Source: Candidatus Omnitrophota bacterium
GTDB lineage: Bacteria; Omnitrophota; Gorgyraeia; Zapsychrales; Zapsychraceae
Direction of reading: 5' to 3'
DNA: 64,000 bases
Assembly (NCBI GenBank): GCA_035292445.1
Contig: DATDQB010000003.1
Location: forward strand, 9,692-73,691
The translations under genes were made by a program, and so were the position numbers. Positions 10,339 through 20,217 of the stretch are shown here, one piece after another (the first letter of the stretch is position 1; each line of letters starts with the position of its first letter). The notes beneath the pieces were generated by a model. It was not told where the DNA came from and searched no databases. It was given only the letters and a program-made list of their open reading frames with translations.

Positions 10339-10879
10339 GTTTCAATAAAACGTGGATCTCATCGCCCAACATGGGCTTGCCGCTTTCATCCATCACGTTG
10401 TATTCGATCCCGAAATCTTTCTTGTTGAACTTGCCGTAAAGAAAAACCGCGAGCAATTCTTTTCCGTTTTCATCTTTGCCGGTTCCCCCCACCACATATT
10501 CAAAGGATACCAGCTTGGTCGTTGAGCGGACCGTAACGTCCGCCGAAAGTTTCTTGGCATCGACCTTTTTAGACCGCACGCTAATCGTGGGAAAAGCGGC
10601 CGTATTTAAAAATTGTTCGGATTGCATGGCCGCATCGCGGTCTTCGTTATACGTTGTGATGGAGGCGCTATCGAGGGTCAGATCCAGCGATTGAAGCGCG
10701 GATGCCTTCTCATCAAAATCGATCTTGCCGTCTTTGAACTTAACGATCCCGGAGCTAAAACCGATCACGTGGGGCACCTCAAAATCGGTGATGGATTGCT
10801 CGGTGTCGATCGCGTACGTGACGGCATACGCCGCGTGGGCCATGAAAATATAAACGATCGTTAAAAGAATCCGTTTCAT
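10322..10879 (-). CDS. YceI-like periplasmic lipid-binding protein
   Basis: Signal peptide; SITTYNEDRDAAM...FLNTAAFPTI; KKDFGI pattern. Confidence 0.85.
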   Translation of the reverse strand: MKRILLTIVYIFMAHAAYAVTYAIDTEQSITDFEVPHVIGFSSGIVKFKDGKIDFDEKASALQSLDLTLDSASITTYNEDRDAAMQSEQFLNTAAFPTISVRSKKVDAKKLSADVTVRSTTKLVSFEYVVGGTGKDENGKELLAVFLYGKFNKKDFGIEYNVMDESGKPMLGDEIHVLLKLVGKK

Positions 10880-10880
10880 C

Positions 10881-13800
10881 TTATTTTAATTCCAAAAGCG
10901 TTTGGGCCGTAACCGCCTGGCCGTTGTTATCCGTGGCCTTGAGCCGGACAATCCATTCGCTGCTGCCGCGTAAATATTCTTGGATCGGCAGATGCGCCAC
11001 CCAATCATGGGCCGCCTGCTGGGTAAATGGCCCGGCCACCTGCTCAAATTTGCTGGCGTGCTTGCCCTTGCCCAGCTCAACGACAAAATCCTTGAAATCG
11101 CCGCGCGCGGTGGCGAACACATCCACCGATTCCATTTTCTTTTTCTCATCGAGATTGATCCTTGTTTCATTGATCTTCAAGGTCAGCTGGCCGTTCACAT
11201 CAAGCCGCAACGCGGAGGCCGCATCAAGCATTCCCGCTCCTGATTCGCCGTCCCAGCCTTCTTCGTACATTTCAACGGCCGTGCGGTCCAAAATATCTTC
11301 GATATCGTAATTGGTCAAATCCGGGTTCTGCGCCAATAACAAAGAAGCCGTGGCCGCGACCATCGGCGTTGAGAACGACGTTCCCGAGCGCGGAAGGCAT
11401 CCTTGCTTGACAACGGAAGGCTTAAGTTTTTTGCCCGTTCCGGTGGCCAGTATCGAATAAATGGCATCGCCGGGCGCCAGCACGCCGTTATTCGGCCCCC
11501 AGTTGGAGATGGTGCTGCGGTTGCCTTCGAAATCAATAGCGCCGACGGCAAACGCGCCTTTGTTGGAAGCGGGGCCGTGCAGGCCTATATTCTCATTCAC
11601 ATTGCCACTGGCGACCGCTACAAAAACACCTTTGGCCCAGGCATAATTCAATGCCGCCTGCTCCAAATCCGATGGGACACGCGCGCCCAAGCTGACATTG
11701 ATGATCTGCGCCCCATTATCGACCGCGTAAAAGATGGCGCGGGCAATCAAAAGGCTATTGGTCTCTCCCATATCATCGGCCACTTTGACCGGCATGATGA
11801 CCGCGCCGGGGTTGATGCCGGCAATACCGATGGCGTTATTGGTTTTCGCGGCAATGATGCCGGCGACGAACGTGCCATGGCCTTCCAGGTCCGTCAGGTC
11901 ATTACTGTCATCCAAAAAATTCCAGCCGTTGACGTCATCCACATAACCGTTTTGGTCGTCATCAATACCGTTATTGGGAACTTCTCCATCATTGCTCCAG
12001 ACATACTGCGGCGCGTCCGGATGGTTGAAATCAAATCCGGAATCAATGACCGCGACAATCACGTTTCTTTTCTCTTCATCGACAACGTTCCAGGCGGAAT
12101 TGGGATCGCTCAAGGGCGTAAAGCCGATGTCATGCAACCCCCATTGATGCTTGATCTCCTTTTCCTTGTCGGAGCCGGCCGTTGTCGCCCCGATCGTCCC
12201 GAGCCCCATTTTCATTTCACTGCCCAGCGCGAACATTTTAGGCTCCTTGGAACTTCCCAAGATGCCGAATAATTTTTTCCTCTTTTTCTCGACCGGCGCG
12301 GCGTAGAACGGGTCATTAGGCACGACAGCCGGTTTCGCCTCTTCCTCTTTCTTCTTTTTCCCTTTCTTACCGTCTTCTTCCGGTTCAGGCGTAAGAGCGC
12401 TGGTGATCTTGTTAATGATCTTCGCCTTGGCCCGGTCAAGTACTCCCTGCAATCCGCCTTCGCGTAGCGCCAAAACCTGGTCACTCGCTGACTGTGCTTT
12501 TTGAAGAGCCTCCATCACGGCGTTGGGATTATTCTTTAACATCGATTGCGTGATGACCTCAACGGGTTTGCCGTGCGCGTCCAGGATCGCCAGCGCTTTT
12601 TCTTTACCTGAATTGCCGCAAGCGACGATGGGGCCGCCCGTTGACATATTCTTGCTTGGGTCTTTGCCGTATTGGGAGCCTCCGCCTCCACCCGATGACT
12701 CTCCTGATGAGGCCGGCGCCTCTTTGGGCAACGGCTCCTGCTTGAAATCTTTTTCGAAACAATTGTCGGCGTATTTGCCGCTTTTTTCCATGCTTTGCTT
12801 TAACAGATCGCCCATGCTGCCCATACTGATGGAGGTGTTCAACATGCCGAAGGCGCTGGAGGCACCGGGCAACATCCCGGCCAACTGCTTAAGCGCATCC
12901 CCGGGGTTGGCGACCTTGGCCAGGGCCATGACCTGCGAAGGCACAAATCCCTGTGCGCCGCCGGCTTGCTCGAGAATATAACGTCCGCGCGGCGTTTCAA
13001 TGATAATGATGACCCATGTGACTTCAATTGTTGTCGGACGGATGCATTGCCTGCAAATCATACGTGTGCCGCCTGGCCCGGCGACCGTGTGCTTGCCGGG
13101 AACACAAATGGTCCCGGGGCGGCACATAACACAGCTGCTCGCTTCCCCGTATTTCTCGCAGCTCTCCGGATATTCGCATTTATAACAGTTAGCGGGCGTG
13201 CCCGTGCTTTGATACACGCCTGTTGTAAAACCGGATGAAACGCGCGCCCCGGCCGGGACACATTTCCCGCCTTCGATCACGCACTGTTGGCATCGCGTGT
13301 ACGGGAAATTAGGCTCAAGGCATTCACGAAATAAACTTGTTAAAATACAAACATGGCAAGCCGCTCCGTTTAACATGATCTCTTCGCATTGACCTATCGA
13401 GCAAGGGTTGGGCGTGCAGCCGCCGGGGGCATAGTCATAATAATCGCAGGACTCGGCCACCGCTGTTTTCTTGACGCAATCATGGCAGGCCTTATCCTTG
13501 ACCATGGTCGGGACACAAACTTCATCGCCGGAACACTGCCCCGGGCAAGGGCCGGGCAGCATCTCAAAAGATTCACAACTTTCTTCATGTAATAACCCGC
13601 CTTGGCACTGATGGCATTGGCCTTCCGAAATGCATATCTGCCCTTCCGGACAGGAATTGGCTTGGCATGTGCCGAGCGACCAGCCGTCGAAGCAATCAAC
13701 CCCTTCCTGCATGCAGTAATGGCATGTTTTTCCTTCATCAGTTACCACCTGGTCACACTCATAACAATCTTGAGGACACGGCCCCGGTTCATAAGGAGGC

Positions 13801-16800
13801 AAACATTCGTCATAGTACTTGCAACTGTAGCAACGATTACCCTGCTCATCATATTCACCCGGAACGCAATTGACACTGGGATTGGGGCATGATTCAGCGC
13901 AACCCCCATGCGTCATCTTGCCCAGATCGTGGCAGCTTTTCTTGTCCTTGCACTCATCCGTTGCTTCATCGCATTCCTGGCCGTGGCATGGCGGATCACC
14001 AGGCAGGCATTTTCCATCCTGCCCGCATGTTTCTGCCCCGTTGCAGAACAGCCCGTCATCGCAATCGGCATCGCTCTGGCATCCGGGAGGCGGTGTCGTT
14101 GTTGGTTTCATCTTACATTCCCAGCACCAGACCCCATAATCATCCTGAGTTTTTTGAACGCATTTACCACCCTCTTGAACGCACCCACTATTCACGCACC
14201 CTTCGCCGTCCGTCATGCCCATATCTTCGCAGGTCTTTTTCTTCTGCTGGCAACGATGACAATTTTCGCCGGCGGGGACACATTCTTGGTCAGAGCTGCA
14301 TGAAGATTGGGTGCACGCGCCTTGTGTTGTACCCTGAGGACATTCGGGCTGCGTTCGTGTCTTCTCTTGACATTGATAACAATGTGTCCCGGCCATTTGA
14401 CAAATTTGATCCGCGCTGCAATCTCCTGGACAAAGGCCGTCCTTTAGTCCATCTTGACATCGTTGATCATCCATAGCCACACATCGGAAGCATCCATGCG
14501 CAAGACCTTGGCACACGTCTCCCCTCTTACAAGGAATAGGCTGGCATCGTCCCGGAACATAACTCGATGGACAATCTTCGGGCTTAGCAACACATTGATA
14601 ACAATGTGTCCCGGCCATTTGACAAATTTGATCCGCACTGCAATCTCCCGGACAAAGGCCGTCCTTTAATCCATCTTGACATAGTTGATCATCCATAGCC
14701 ACACAACGAAAACAGTCCCGATAACTTTGGCATACTTCTCCACTCTGGCAAGGAAACGGGCTGCAGCTTCCAGAAGCATATGTTTGACCGCATTCTTTGG
14801 GCTTGGACCGGCACTGGTGACAATTATCTTGCTCAACGCATTCTTGATCAGAACTGCAGGAATGAGAATCACAAGGACCTGGTTGTGTCCCGTCTGGACA
14901 TTGAGGCGTTGTCTTCGGTTTCTCCTCGCACAAATGACATTCGTTGCCAACGGGAACACAGCTTTGATCCTCTGAACAAGAACCTGGCGCGCAAGGACCT
15001 TCTAAAGAATCCTCGCATTTGGGAGGAGGTTGCGTGACCGGTTGTTCGCAGGTGTGACAATAATCGCCGACCGTTGTACATTGCTGGCCATCAGGACAAA
15101 GTCCCGGCTTGCAGACACCGGGCGCGCTGCCTGGCGGGCATTCAACGTCCACGCACTCAAAACAATTTAATCCGGACATTTTCGCCCAATAACTGTCGGC
15201 CCCCCATGACTCACATCTTTGGTTGTCCTTGCATTTGCCGTTGCAACTGCCATCCTCGTATGCCTCATAATCTGCGCAGGTTTCGATCTCTTCGCAGTGA
15301 TAACACGGGGTTTCCCCTGCCAAAGCAAATTCGACAACGCATTGTTCTTTTTTCGGCTCGCATTGGCCGCCGCAATTAGAGGACTCATAATACCCGTGCT
15401 CGCATTCCGGTTTGGGATTACACAAATGGCATCCGTCTTGGGTGTCCGTGCAATCCATATCTTCAGGACAAATGCCCGGCTGGCAATTGCCGAATTTCGC
15501 ATTGGGATCATAGCAAGGCTCTTCGCAAAAGTAGCACCGTAATCCGTGCCTGTCCCCGACCGGTTTGAACTTGCAGCGAAGCATGCGCTTGAAGCACTCT
15601 GAGCAATCCAGGTACCCGCCGTATTCTTCGCACTGATTGGGGGGCGGCGGTTCATCTTTCAGCTCGCAAACCGCGCATTTAACCTTTTTGCTCGATGAAA
15701 GCACGATATCCTGCATGGAGCAATCTTCGTTGGCTGAACAGGGATGGGGATTACAGCTTGTCGGGAATCCGGCTTCCTGGCAGGTTTCCGGCGGCTTGTA
15801 CTTTTCGATGCAGCGGTAGCAAGGCACATCGCCCCGTACCGTTGTCATGCCCATGCACATCTTGCCCGCGGCTTCGCACTCTTTGCATTTGTCGAACGTC
15901 AGGTCGGGATAACACGGATCTTTTTCGCAGCGGCAGCAGCTGATCTGCCCGCCTAACCCATCGGGAAACGCTTGGTTGACCAATATTTGGCTTGGGCCGC
16001 AATCACACGCGGGGGTGCGGAAACCATAATCAGCGCAAACTTTTGGTTTTGGCGGTGGCGGCGGAGGTTCCGGAGGCACATCTTCAAAACAAGCGAAACA
16101 AACCACGCCTTTATCGTCAGCTACCAGACCGACAAACAAGTTGGCCGGCGCGCAATTCGGTAACTTCGGTGGGCATTTGGGGCAATCCGCCTGATAGATC
16201 AAACCCAGATCATAACAACTCACCGGCGGTGGTGGCGGCTTCTTGACGCATTGGTGGCAATCATACCCGTCCGGATGCACGCCCATCTTTTGGCAAACCT
16301 CATCGATCAGGCAAGCCCCGCCGCAGGTCGCGTCCCATGTCGTACCGGGCCATATGTCCTTGCACTGATCTTTTCGGTCGATACAATCCCAGCATTGCCT
16401 GCCGGAAGGATCGCTCGGCAACGGAAAAGCGCCGCCGCCGATACCGGCGATGGCTGGAAAAGTTACGGCGCTCACGCACACTTTTTTAGGATTGGCCTCG
16501 CACCACATGCAATCCGGCCAATTGTAAATGTATCCCAAGTCATAACAGCTTATCGCGGCCGCGCAACCGTAACAGTTGGTGTCTTCGCTCAATTCGGGAT
16601 TATTGGCCGCTTTATGCGTTTGCACGACTTTACAGCTGAGATCCGGCTTGGGGCAGGTTTGCGCGCATGTTTCTTGAGAGGATGTTCCGAGCAATTTGGA
16701 TTTGCAGAAGGCGTCTTCTTCATTACCTTCGCCATCGCCAAAGGTGGCCAGATCCGCCAGCATGTTATACGCGTTTTTTATTTTTTCAGGAACTTTATTG

Positions 16801-16955
16801 TTGGGGTCGTTGACATCGATACCCTGCGGCTGCGCCGTTTGGGCAAAAGCGATATCGGAGAAACTCTCTAGGGGGGATATTATTAGGGAAGCGCCGACAA
16901 CCAACAATGTTGCCGCGCTCATGAAGAAAATATATTTTAAGGTTTGCTTGAGCAT
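10881..16955 (-). CDS. giant secreted Cys-rich repeat protein with C-terminal S8 subtilase
   Basis: N-terminal signal/TM; ~1200 aa of Cys modules ending C-[HYF]-x-C; catalytic triad motifs VIDSG, HGT, GTSFS. Confidence 0.9.
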   Translation of the reverse strand: MLKQTLKYIFFMSAATLLVVGASLIISPLESFSDIAFAQTAQPQGIDVNDPNNKVPEKIKNAYNMLADLATFGDGEGNEEDAFCKSKLLGTSSQETCAQTCPKPDLSCKVVQTHKAANNPELSEDTNCYGCAAAISCYDLGYIYNWPDCMWCEANPKKVCVSAVTFPAIAGIGGGAFPLPSDPSGRQCWDCIDRKDQCKDIWPGTTWDATCGGACLIDEVCQKMGVHPDGYDCHQCVKKPPPPPVSCYDLGLIYQADCPKCPPKLPNCAPANLFVGLVADDKGVVCFACFEDVPPEPPPPPPKPKVCADYGFRTPACDCGPSQILVNQAFPDGLGGQISCCRCEKDPCYPDLTFDKCKECEAAGKMCMGMTTVRGDVPCYRCIEKYKPPETCQEAGFPTSCNPHPCSANEDCSMQDIVLSSSKKVKCAVCELKDEPPPPNQCEEYGGYLDCSECFKRMLRCKFKPVGDRHGLRCYFCEEPCYDPNAKFGNCQPGICPEDMDCTDTQDGCHLCNPKPECEHGYYESSNCGGQCEPKKEQCVVEFALAGETPCYHCEEIETCADYEAYEDGSCNGKCKDNQRCESWGADSYWAKMSGLNCFECVDVECPPGSAPGVCKPGLCPDGQQCTTVGDYCHTCEQPVTQPPPKCEDSLEGPCAPGSCSEDQSCVPVGNECHLCEEKPKTTPQCPDGTQPGPCDSHSCSSDQECVEQDNCHQCRSKPKECGQTYASGSCSPFPCQSGEVCQSYRDCFRCVAMDDQLCQDGLKDGLCPGDCSADQICQMAGTHCYQCVAKPEDCPSSYVPGRCQPIPCKRGDVCQGLAHGCFRCVAMDDQRCQDGLKDGLCPGDCSADQICQMAGTHCYQCQEKTRTQPECPQGTTQGACTQSSCSSDQECVPAGENCHRCQQKKKTCEDMGMTDGEGCVNSGCVQEGGKCVQKTQDDYGVWCWECKMKPTTTPPPGCQSDADCDDGLFCNGAETCGQDGKCLPGDPPCHGQECDEATDECKDKKSCHDLGKMTHGGCAESCPNPSVNCVPGEYDEQGNRCYSCKYYDECLPPYEPGPCPQDCYECDQVVTDEGKTCHYCMQEGVDCFDGWSLGTCQANSCPEGQICISEGQCHQCQGGLLHEESCESFEMLPGPCPGQCSGDEVCVPTMVKDKACHDCVKKTAVAESCDYYDYAPGGCTPNPCSIGQCEEIMLNGAACHVCILTSLFRECLEPNFPYTRCQQCVIEGGKCVPAGARVSSGFTTGVYQSTGTPANCYKCEYPESCEKYGEASSCVMCRPGTICVPGKHTVAGPGGTRMICRQCIRPTTIEVTWVIIIIETPRGRYILEQAGGAQGFVPSQVMALAKVANPGDALKQLAGMLPGASSAFGMLNTSISMGSMGDLLKQSMEKSGKYADNCFEKDFKQEPLPKEAPASSGESSGGGGGSQYGKDPSKNMSTGGPIVACGNSGKEKALAILDAHGKPVEVITQSMLKNNPNAVMEALQKAQSASDQVLALREGGLQGVLDRAKAKIINKITSALTPEPEEDGKKGKKKKEEEAKPAVVPNDPFYAAPVEKKRKKLFGILGSSKEPKMFALGSEMKMGLGTIGATTAGSDKEKEIKHQWGLHDIGFTPLSDPNSAWNVVDEEKRNVIVAVIDSGFDFNHPDAPQYVWSNDGEVPNNGIDDDQNGYVDDVNGWNFLDDSNDLTDLEGHGTFVAGIIAAKTNNAIGIAGINPGAVIMPVKVADDMGETNSLLIARAIFYAVDNGAQIINVSLGARVPSDLEQAALNYAWAKGVFVAVASGNVNENIGLHGPASNKGAFAVGAIDFEGNRSTISNWGPNNGVLAPGDAIYSILATGTGKKLKPSVVKQGCLPRSGTSFSTPMVAATASLLLAQNPDLTNYDIEDILDRTAVEMYEEGWDGESGAGMLDAASALRLDVNGQLTLKINETRINLDEKKKMESVDVFATARGDFKDFVVELGKGKHASKFEQVAGPFTQQAAHDWVAHLPIQEYLRGSSEWIVRLKATDNNGQAVTAQTLLELK
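14370..14714. repeat. ~120-bp near-identical direct repeat within giant gene (period 222 bp)
   Basis: cattgataacaatgtgtcccggccatttgacaaatttgatccgc... at 14371 and 14593; encodes CFRCVAMDDQxCQDGLKDGLCPGDCSADQICQMAGTHCYQC twice. Confidence 0.9.
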
Positions 16956-17042
16956 TACCCTGATTTAACTGGTTAATGTTCAGTAATTTATAACAATTCG
17001 CTGGGCTTGTCAATTTATATCTTGATATAAACAAAGGAATTA

Positions 17043-17071
17043 TTGAAGCTTTTGCCAATTCTCAGTATAAT
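17043..17071 (+). promoter_or_regulatory. sigma70-like promoter for HAD gene
   Basis: TTGAAG-N17-TATAAT just upstream of ATG 17082. Confidence 0.55.
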
Positions 17072-17081
17072 AAAATTTCTG

Positions 17082-17708
17082 ATGCAAAAGCGCACCCTCA
17101 TATTCGATTTTGACGGCACCATCGCTGATACGCACCTATTTATCATCGACATCTATAACAGCTTTAGCGATGACTTCGGCTATAAAAGGATCGATGTCAG
17201 AAAGCTGGAGCGCTACAAGGACAAAAACGCCCAGCAGATCATTCGCCATCTGAAGATCCCTATCTTCAAGATCCCTTCTTTGATCACCAAGGCCAAGATG
17301 CTTTACCATCAGGACATCCACAAAATAAAGCCATTTGATGGCCTTAAAGAAGTGCTGGAAAAATTAAAGGCCGCCGGGCACACCCTCGGCATCCTCTCCT
17401 CCAACAGCCGCCCGAACATCATGAAATTCCTCGATAACCACCATCTTCAAGTCTTTGATTTTATCCAGTCCACCAGCAGTGTTTTGGGCAAGAACTCCGC
17501 CATCAAAAAGCTGGCGGAGCGCATGAACATTAACCTTAATGACATCTTGTACATCGGCGATGAGGTCAGGGACATTGAAGCGGCTAAAAAGCTGGGGATC
17601 AAAGTGGCGGCGGTGACGTGGGGATACAATTCATTACGGGCCTTGAAGGCCAGAAAGCCCGACTTCCTTATCCATCATCCTAAAGAATTGCTGCTGTTGT
17701 GCCGCTAA
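17082..17708 (+). CDS. HAD-IA family phosphatase
   Basis: FDFDGT motif I, SSN motif II, IGDE..D motif IV; start moved to ATG 17082. Confidence 0.9.
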   Translation: MQKRTLIFDFDGTIADTHLFIIDIYNSFSDDFGYKRIDVRKLERYKDKNAQQIIRHLKIPIFKIPSLITKAKMLYHQDIHKIKPFDGLKEVLEKLKAAGHTLGILSSNSRPNIMKFLDNHHLQVFDFIQSTSSVLGKNSAIKKLAERMNINLNDILYIGDEVRDIEAAKKLGIKVAAVTWGYNSLRALKARKPDFLIHHPKELLLLCR

Positions 17709-17723
17709 ACTAAAGTTTGGCTT

Positions 17724-18512
17724 CTAAGAATAGCGGATCGCGTTAAGGCTCTCGATGAAGTTGACGCTGCTGAAGCGGCCAATGTAATAATCGGCGCCGG
17801 CCTGCATGCACGCCTCTTTAGCCTCCTGCAGGTAATCCACGTGGCTGAAGGCCTTGGGGTTTTCGGGAGAGAAGTTCGTGTAGATAACGATCTTCGTGTT
17901 ATCGAGCTTATGGAAACAGCGCAAGGACTTGATCAATTCGCGGCTCGGCAGATCGCGCATATAAACGTCGATGAATATATAATTAGGCGTTTCTTTCAAA
18001 GCCTTCTCCAAGACCTCCGATGAATTCTCGGCGGTCATCGTATCGTACCCATCGTCTTTCAAGAGGATCGCCATGTGGTTAATGACGTATTCCTCGGAGC
18101 CGCACACCAGCATTTTCCCGCGCTGGGTCCTCTCCGCTTCCGGTTCGGTGAGCTGCTGGATCTTATCGGCAAGGTTTTCGGAGGTAAACGGTTTGGTGAT
18201 AAAGCCCTGGACGCCCAAGGCCCGGAAGGAATCCTCCATGTTCGGCCTGGCCGTCAAAATGATGACCGGGATCCTCGCGGTCTGGCGCTCGGTCCTTAAT
18301 TTCTTATAGAATTCGTAACCATCCATGATCGGCATGATGATATCCGTAATAATGATGTCCGGTGTGGTGCTATTCACCAGGGACATCCCGTCTTTGCCGT
18401 TAAACGCCGTATCCACAACGTAGCCCAAGCGTTCCAGCATCCGTTTGGCCGCATGCACGATTTCCTGCTCATCATCGATCACCAATACGCGTTTTGTCTT
18501 GACGTTCATCAC
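17724..18512 (-). CDS. tandem receiver-domain response regulator
   Basis: REC1 VIDDE/TDIIMP/KPF; divergent REC2 (FIDVYM). Confidence 0.85.
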   Translation of the reverse strand: MMNVKTKRVLVIDDEQEIVHAAKRMLERLGYVVDTAFNGKDGMSLVNSTTPDIIITDIIMPIMDGYEFYKKLRTERQTARIPVIILTARPNMEDSFRALGVQGFITKPFTSENLADKIQQLTEPEAERTQRGKMLVCGSEEYVINHMAILLKDDGYDTMTAENSSEVLEKALKETPNYIFIDVYMRDLPSRELIKSLRCFHKLDNTKIVIYTNFSPENPKAFSHVDYLQEAKEACMQAGADYYIGRFSSVNFIESLNAIRYS

Positions 18513-18534
18513 ATTCTCCTTGTTTAACTTTCCT

Positions 18535-18561
18535 GCAGGGGCGCGGTTACCGCGCCCCTAC
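18535..18561 (-). repeat. GTAG-type REP-like palindrome, intergenic
   Basis: GTAGGGGCGCGGTAACCGCGCCCCTGC on minus strand. Confidence 0.75.
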
Positions 18562-18634
18562 TCTAAATATATATCCGCTATAAATATGCCACATTTTCCT
18601 TAAAAATGAAATAAGAAGTCAAAGAATTCCAAAC

Positions 18635-20212
18635 CTAAGGCCCCAAATCATAAACAAGCGCCGCGGCATTGCGCGCCTTTGTGCTTGGGCCTGCTTTGCC
18701 TTCCCTGTCAAGATAGGCTGGTATGAACTCCGGTAGGCGCAACCGCGGATGGCTATAGACGAGCCACGTCCTTTTGTTCTCCCCGAACACCCCGCGCCCG
18801 CTCAGATAATGCTTCGTAAAGTCTTCCGTTGACGCCGATGTCGCGTAGCAGCCGCGCTCGTCAAATGACACGCTCATCGGCCACAGGTAGATATAAGGGC
18901 CCCGGGCATCATGAAAAACCTCATCGGAAAACTTGATCAAACGGGCCTCCGGCTCTTTCCACCCGAAATAACAGTGATAATAAACATAGCCGTACTGGGC
19001 CGAATCATTGATGTAAAGGCTGTCCTGCGGCTGTTTTTGCCCCTTCAAGACCGCCATGACGCTGCGGATATCTTCCTTGCTTTGCTGATGAGAGATGTAA
19101 CCCAAGGCTGAGCGCAGCGGATAAAAGAGCAGAAGTACGGCCGTTACAGCAGCCAACAGCGGCCGCACGGCCGGGGACTGAAATTGCCAAAATTGAAAAG
19201 CCCCCTGCACTAGCAAACACAAGGTGAGCGGCATCAGAAAAAGGAGCATCCGGCTTTCAAAAGGATACAGCCGCATTGCAGACAAAAAGAACATCAAAAC
19301 AACGGGCGCTGCCAAAAATAACGTCATCCGTTCCTTTTTGCTGACCGCTGTTGCCAAGCCCACGATAATAAAGAAAACACCAAGGCCTGCCGGCAGCCCA
19401 AGACCCTCGCGGAAGAACCCTTCTGTTTGGGCGGCGATCCATCCGGCGTTTTCCATCAACCCATTTTGTAAAGGCGCGAAACTCCCGTGCCAATATCGCA
19501 AAAGCCCCTCGTCCTGCAGGAAATACCGAAGGGACAATTTAAAATAGCTGATAAAAGCCAGGGCCCAGAAAGATAACATCAATGCCAGCCAACGGGCCTT
19601 GCGCCCCTCGCCGCTTCGAAGGTAAAAAATAAAAGAAAGCCCGCCCCAGGACATCAGCACAACAATGCCGATAAAAGAAAAATAAATGCCGGCAACCCCG
19701 ACCAGCGTCAGCGCGAGCAAGCGCCGCCAGCTGAAAAAAACCTTCTCGATGTTTAAAAACAACAAAAGAAAGCCCAGCGCCACCATGCAATCGAGCGAAA
19801 ACGGCTTAAGTTGGTTGGCATATTGGATCGGCATCGGGGCAAAGCTGAACAAGGCTAGCGCCAGCACATCCCAGGGGTAAATAAAAAATTTTTGCGTGAC
19901 GCGGGCGAACAGCCACAACGAAGCGAGAGCGCTCGCCAGAGGAAGCAGCCTCAACACCATCTCATGGGGGCCGAGGAAAGATACCAACGCCTTCTGCGCC
20001 CAAAGAAAACCGGCCGGATAAGCGTGCATTTTCCCAAAATCGGAGCCGCCCCTTTGGATCATTTCCCCCATGGAAAGTGAGATCAGTTTGTAGGCGGTTG
20101 CCGCCTCGTCCAGCCACAGCGGGTGGTTCGCAAAGTATTCCTGAAGACGGAAAAAAACGCCCAGCAAAATTATTCCCCAGACGGATGCGTTCTTCAGGGT
20201 ATTTTTGGCCAT
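18635..20212 (-). CDS. GT-C (PMT-like) membrane glycosyltransferase
   Basis: LWLDEA, LRLLP, KPFSLD; multi-TM. Confidence 0.8.
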   Translation of the reverse strand: MAKNTLKNASVWGIILLGVFFRLQEYFANHPLWLDEAATAYKLISLSMGEMIQRGGSDFGKMHAYPAGFLWAQKALVSFLGPHEMVLRLLPLASALASLWLFARVTQKFFIYPWDVLALALFSFAPMPIQYANQLKPFSLDCMVALGFLLLFLNIEKVFFSWRRLLALTLVGVAGIYFSFIGIVVLMSWGGLSFIFYLRSGEGRKARWLALMLSFWALAFISYFKLSLRYFLQDEGLLRYWHGSFAPLQNGLMENAGWIAAQTEGFFREGLGLPAGLGVFFIIVGLATAVSKKERMTLFLAAPVVLMFFLSAMRLYPFESRMLLFLMPLTLCLLVQGAFQFWQFQSPAVRPLLAAVTAVLLLFYPLRSALGYISHQQSKEDIRSVMAVLKGQKQPQDSLYINDSAQYGYVYYHCYFGWKEPEARLIKFSDEVFHDARGPYIYLWPMSVSFDERGCYATSASTEDFTKHYLSGRGVFGENKRTWLVYSHPRLRLPEFIPAYLDREGKAGPSTKARNAAALVYDLGP

Positions 20213-20217
20213 AAAAA

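Noticed and set aside
13040-16710. Multiheme cytochrome reading of the Cys/His-rich region
   Set aside because: Motifs are C-H-x-C or C-[YF]-x-C, not heme-binding CxxCH
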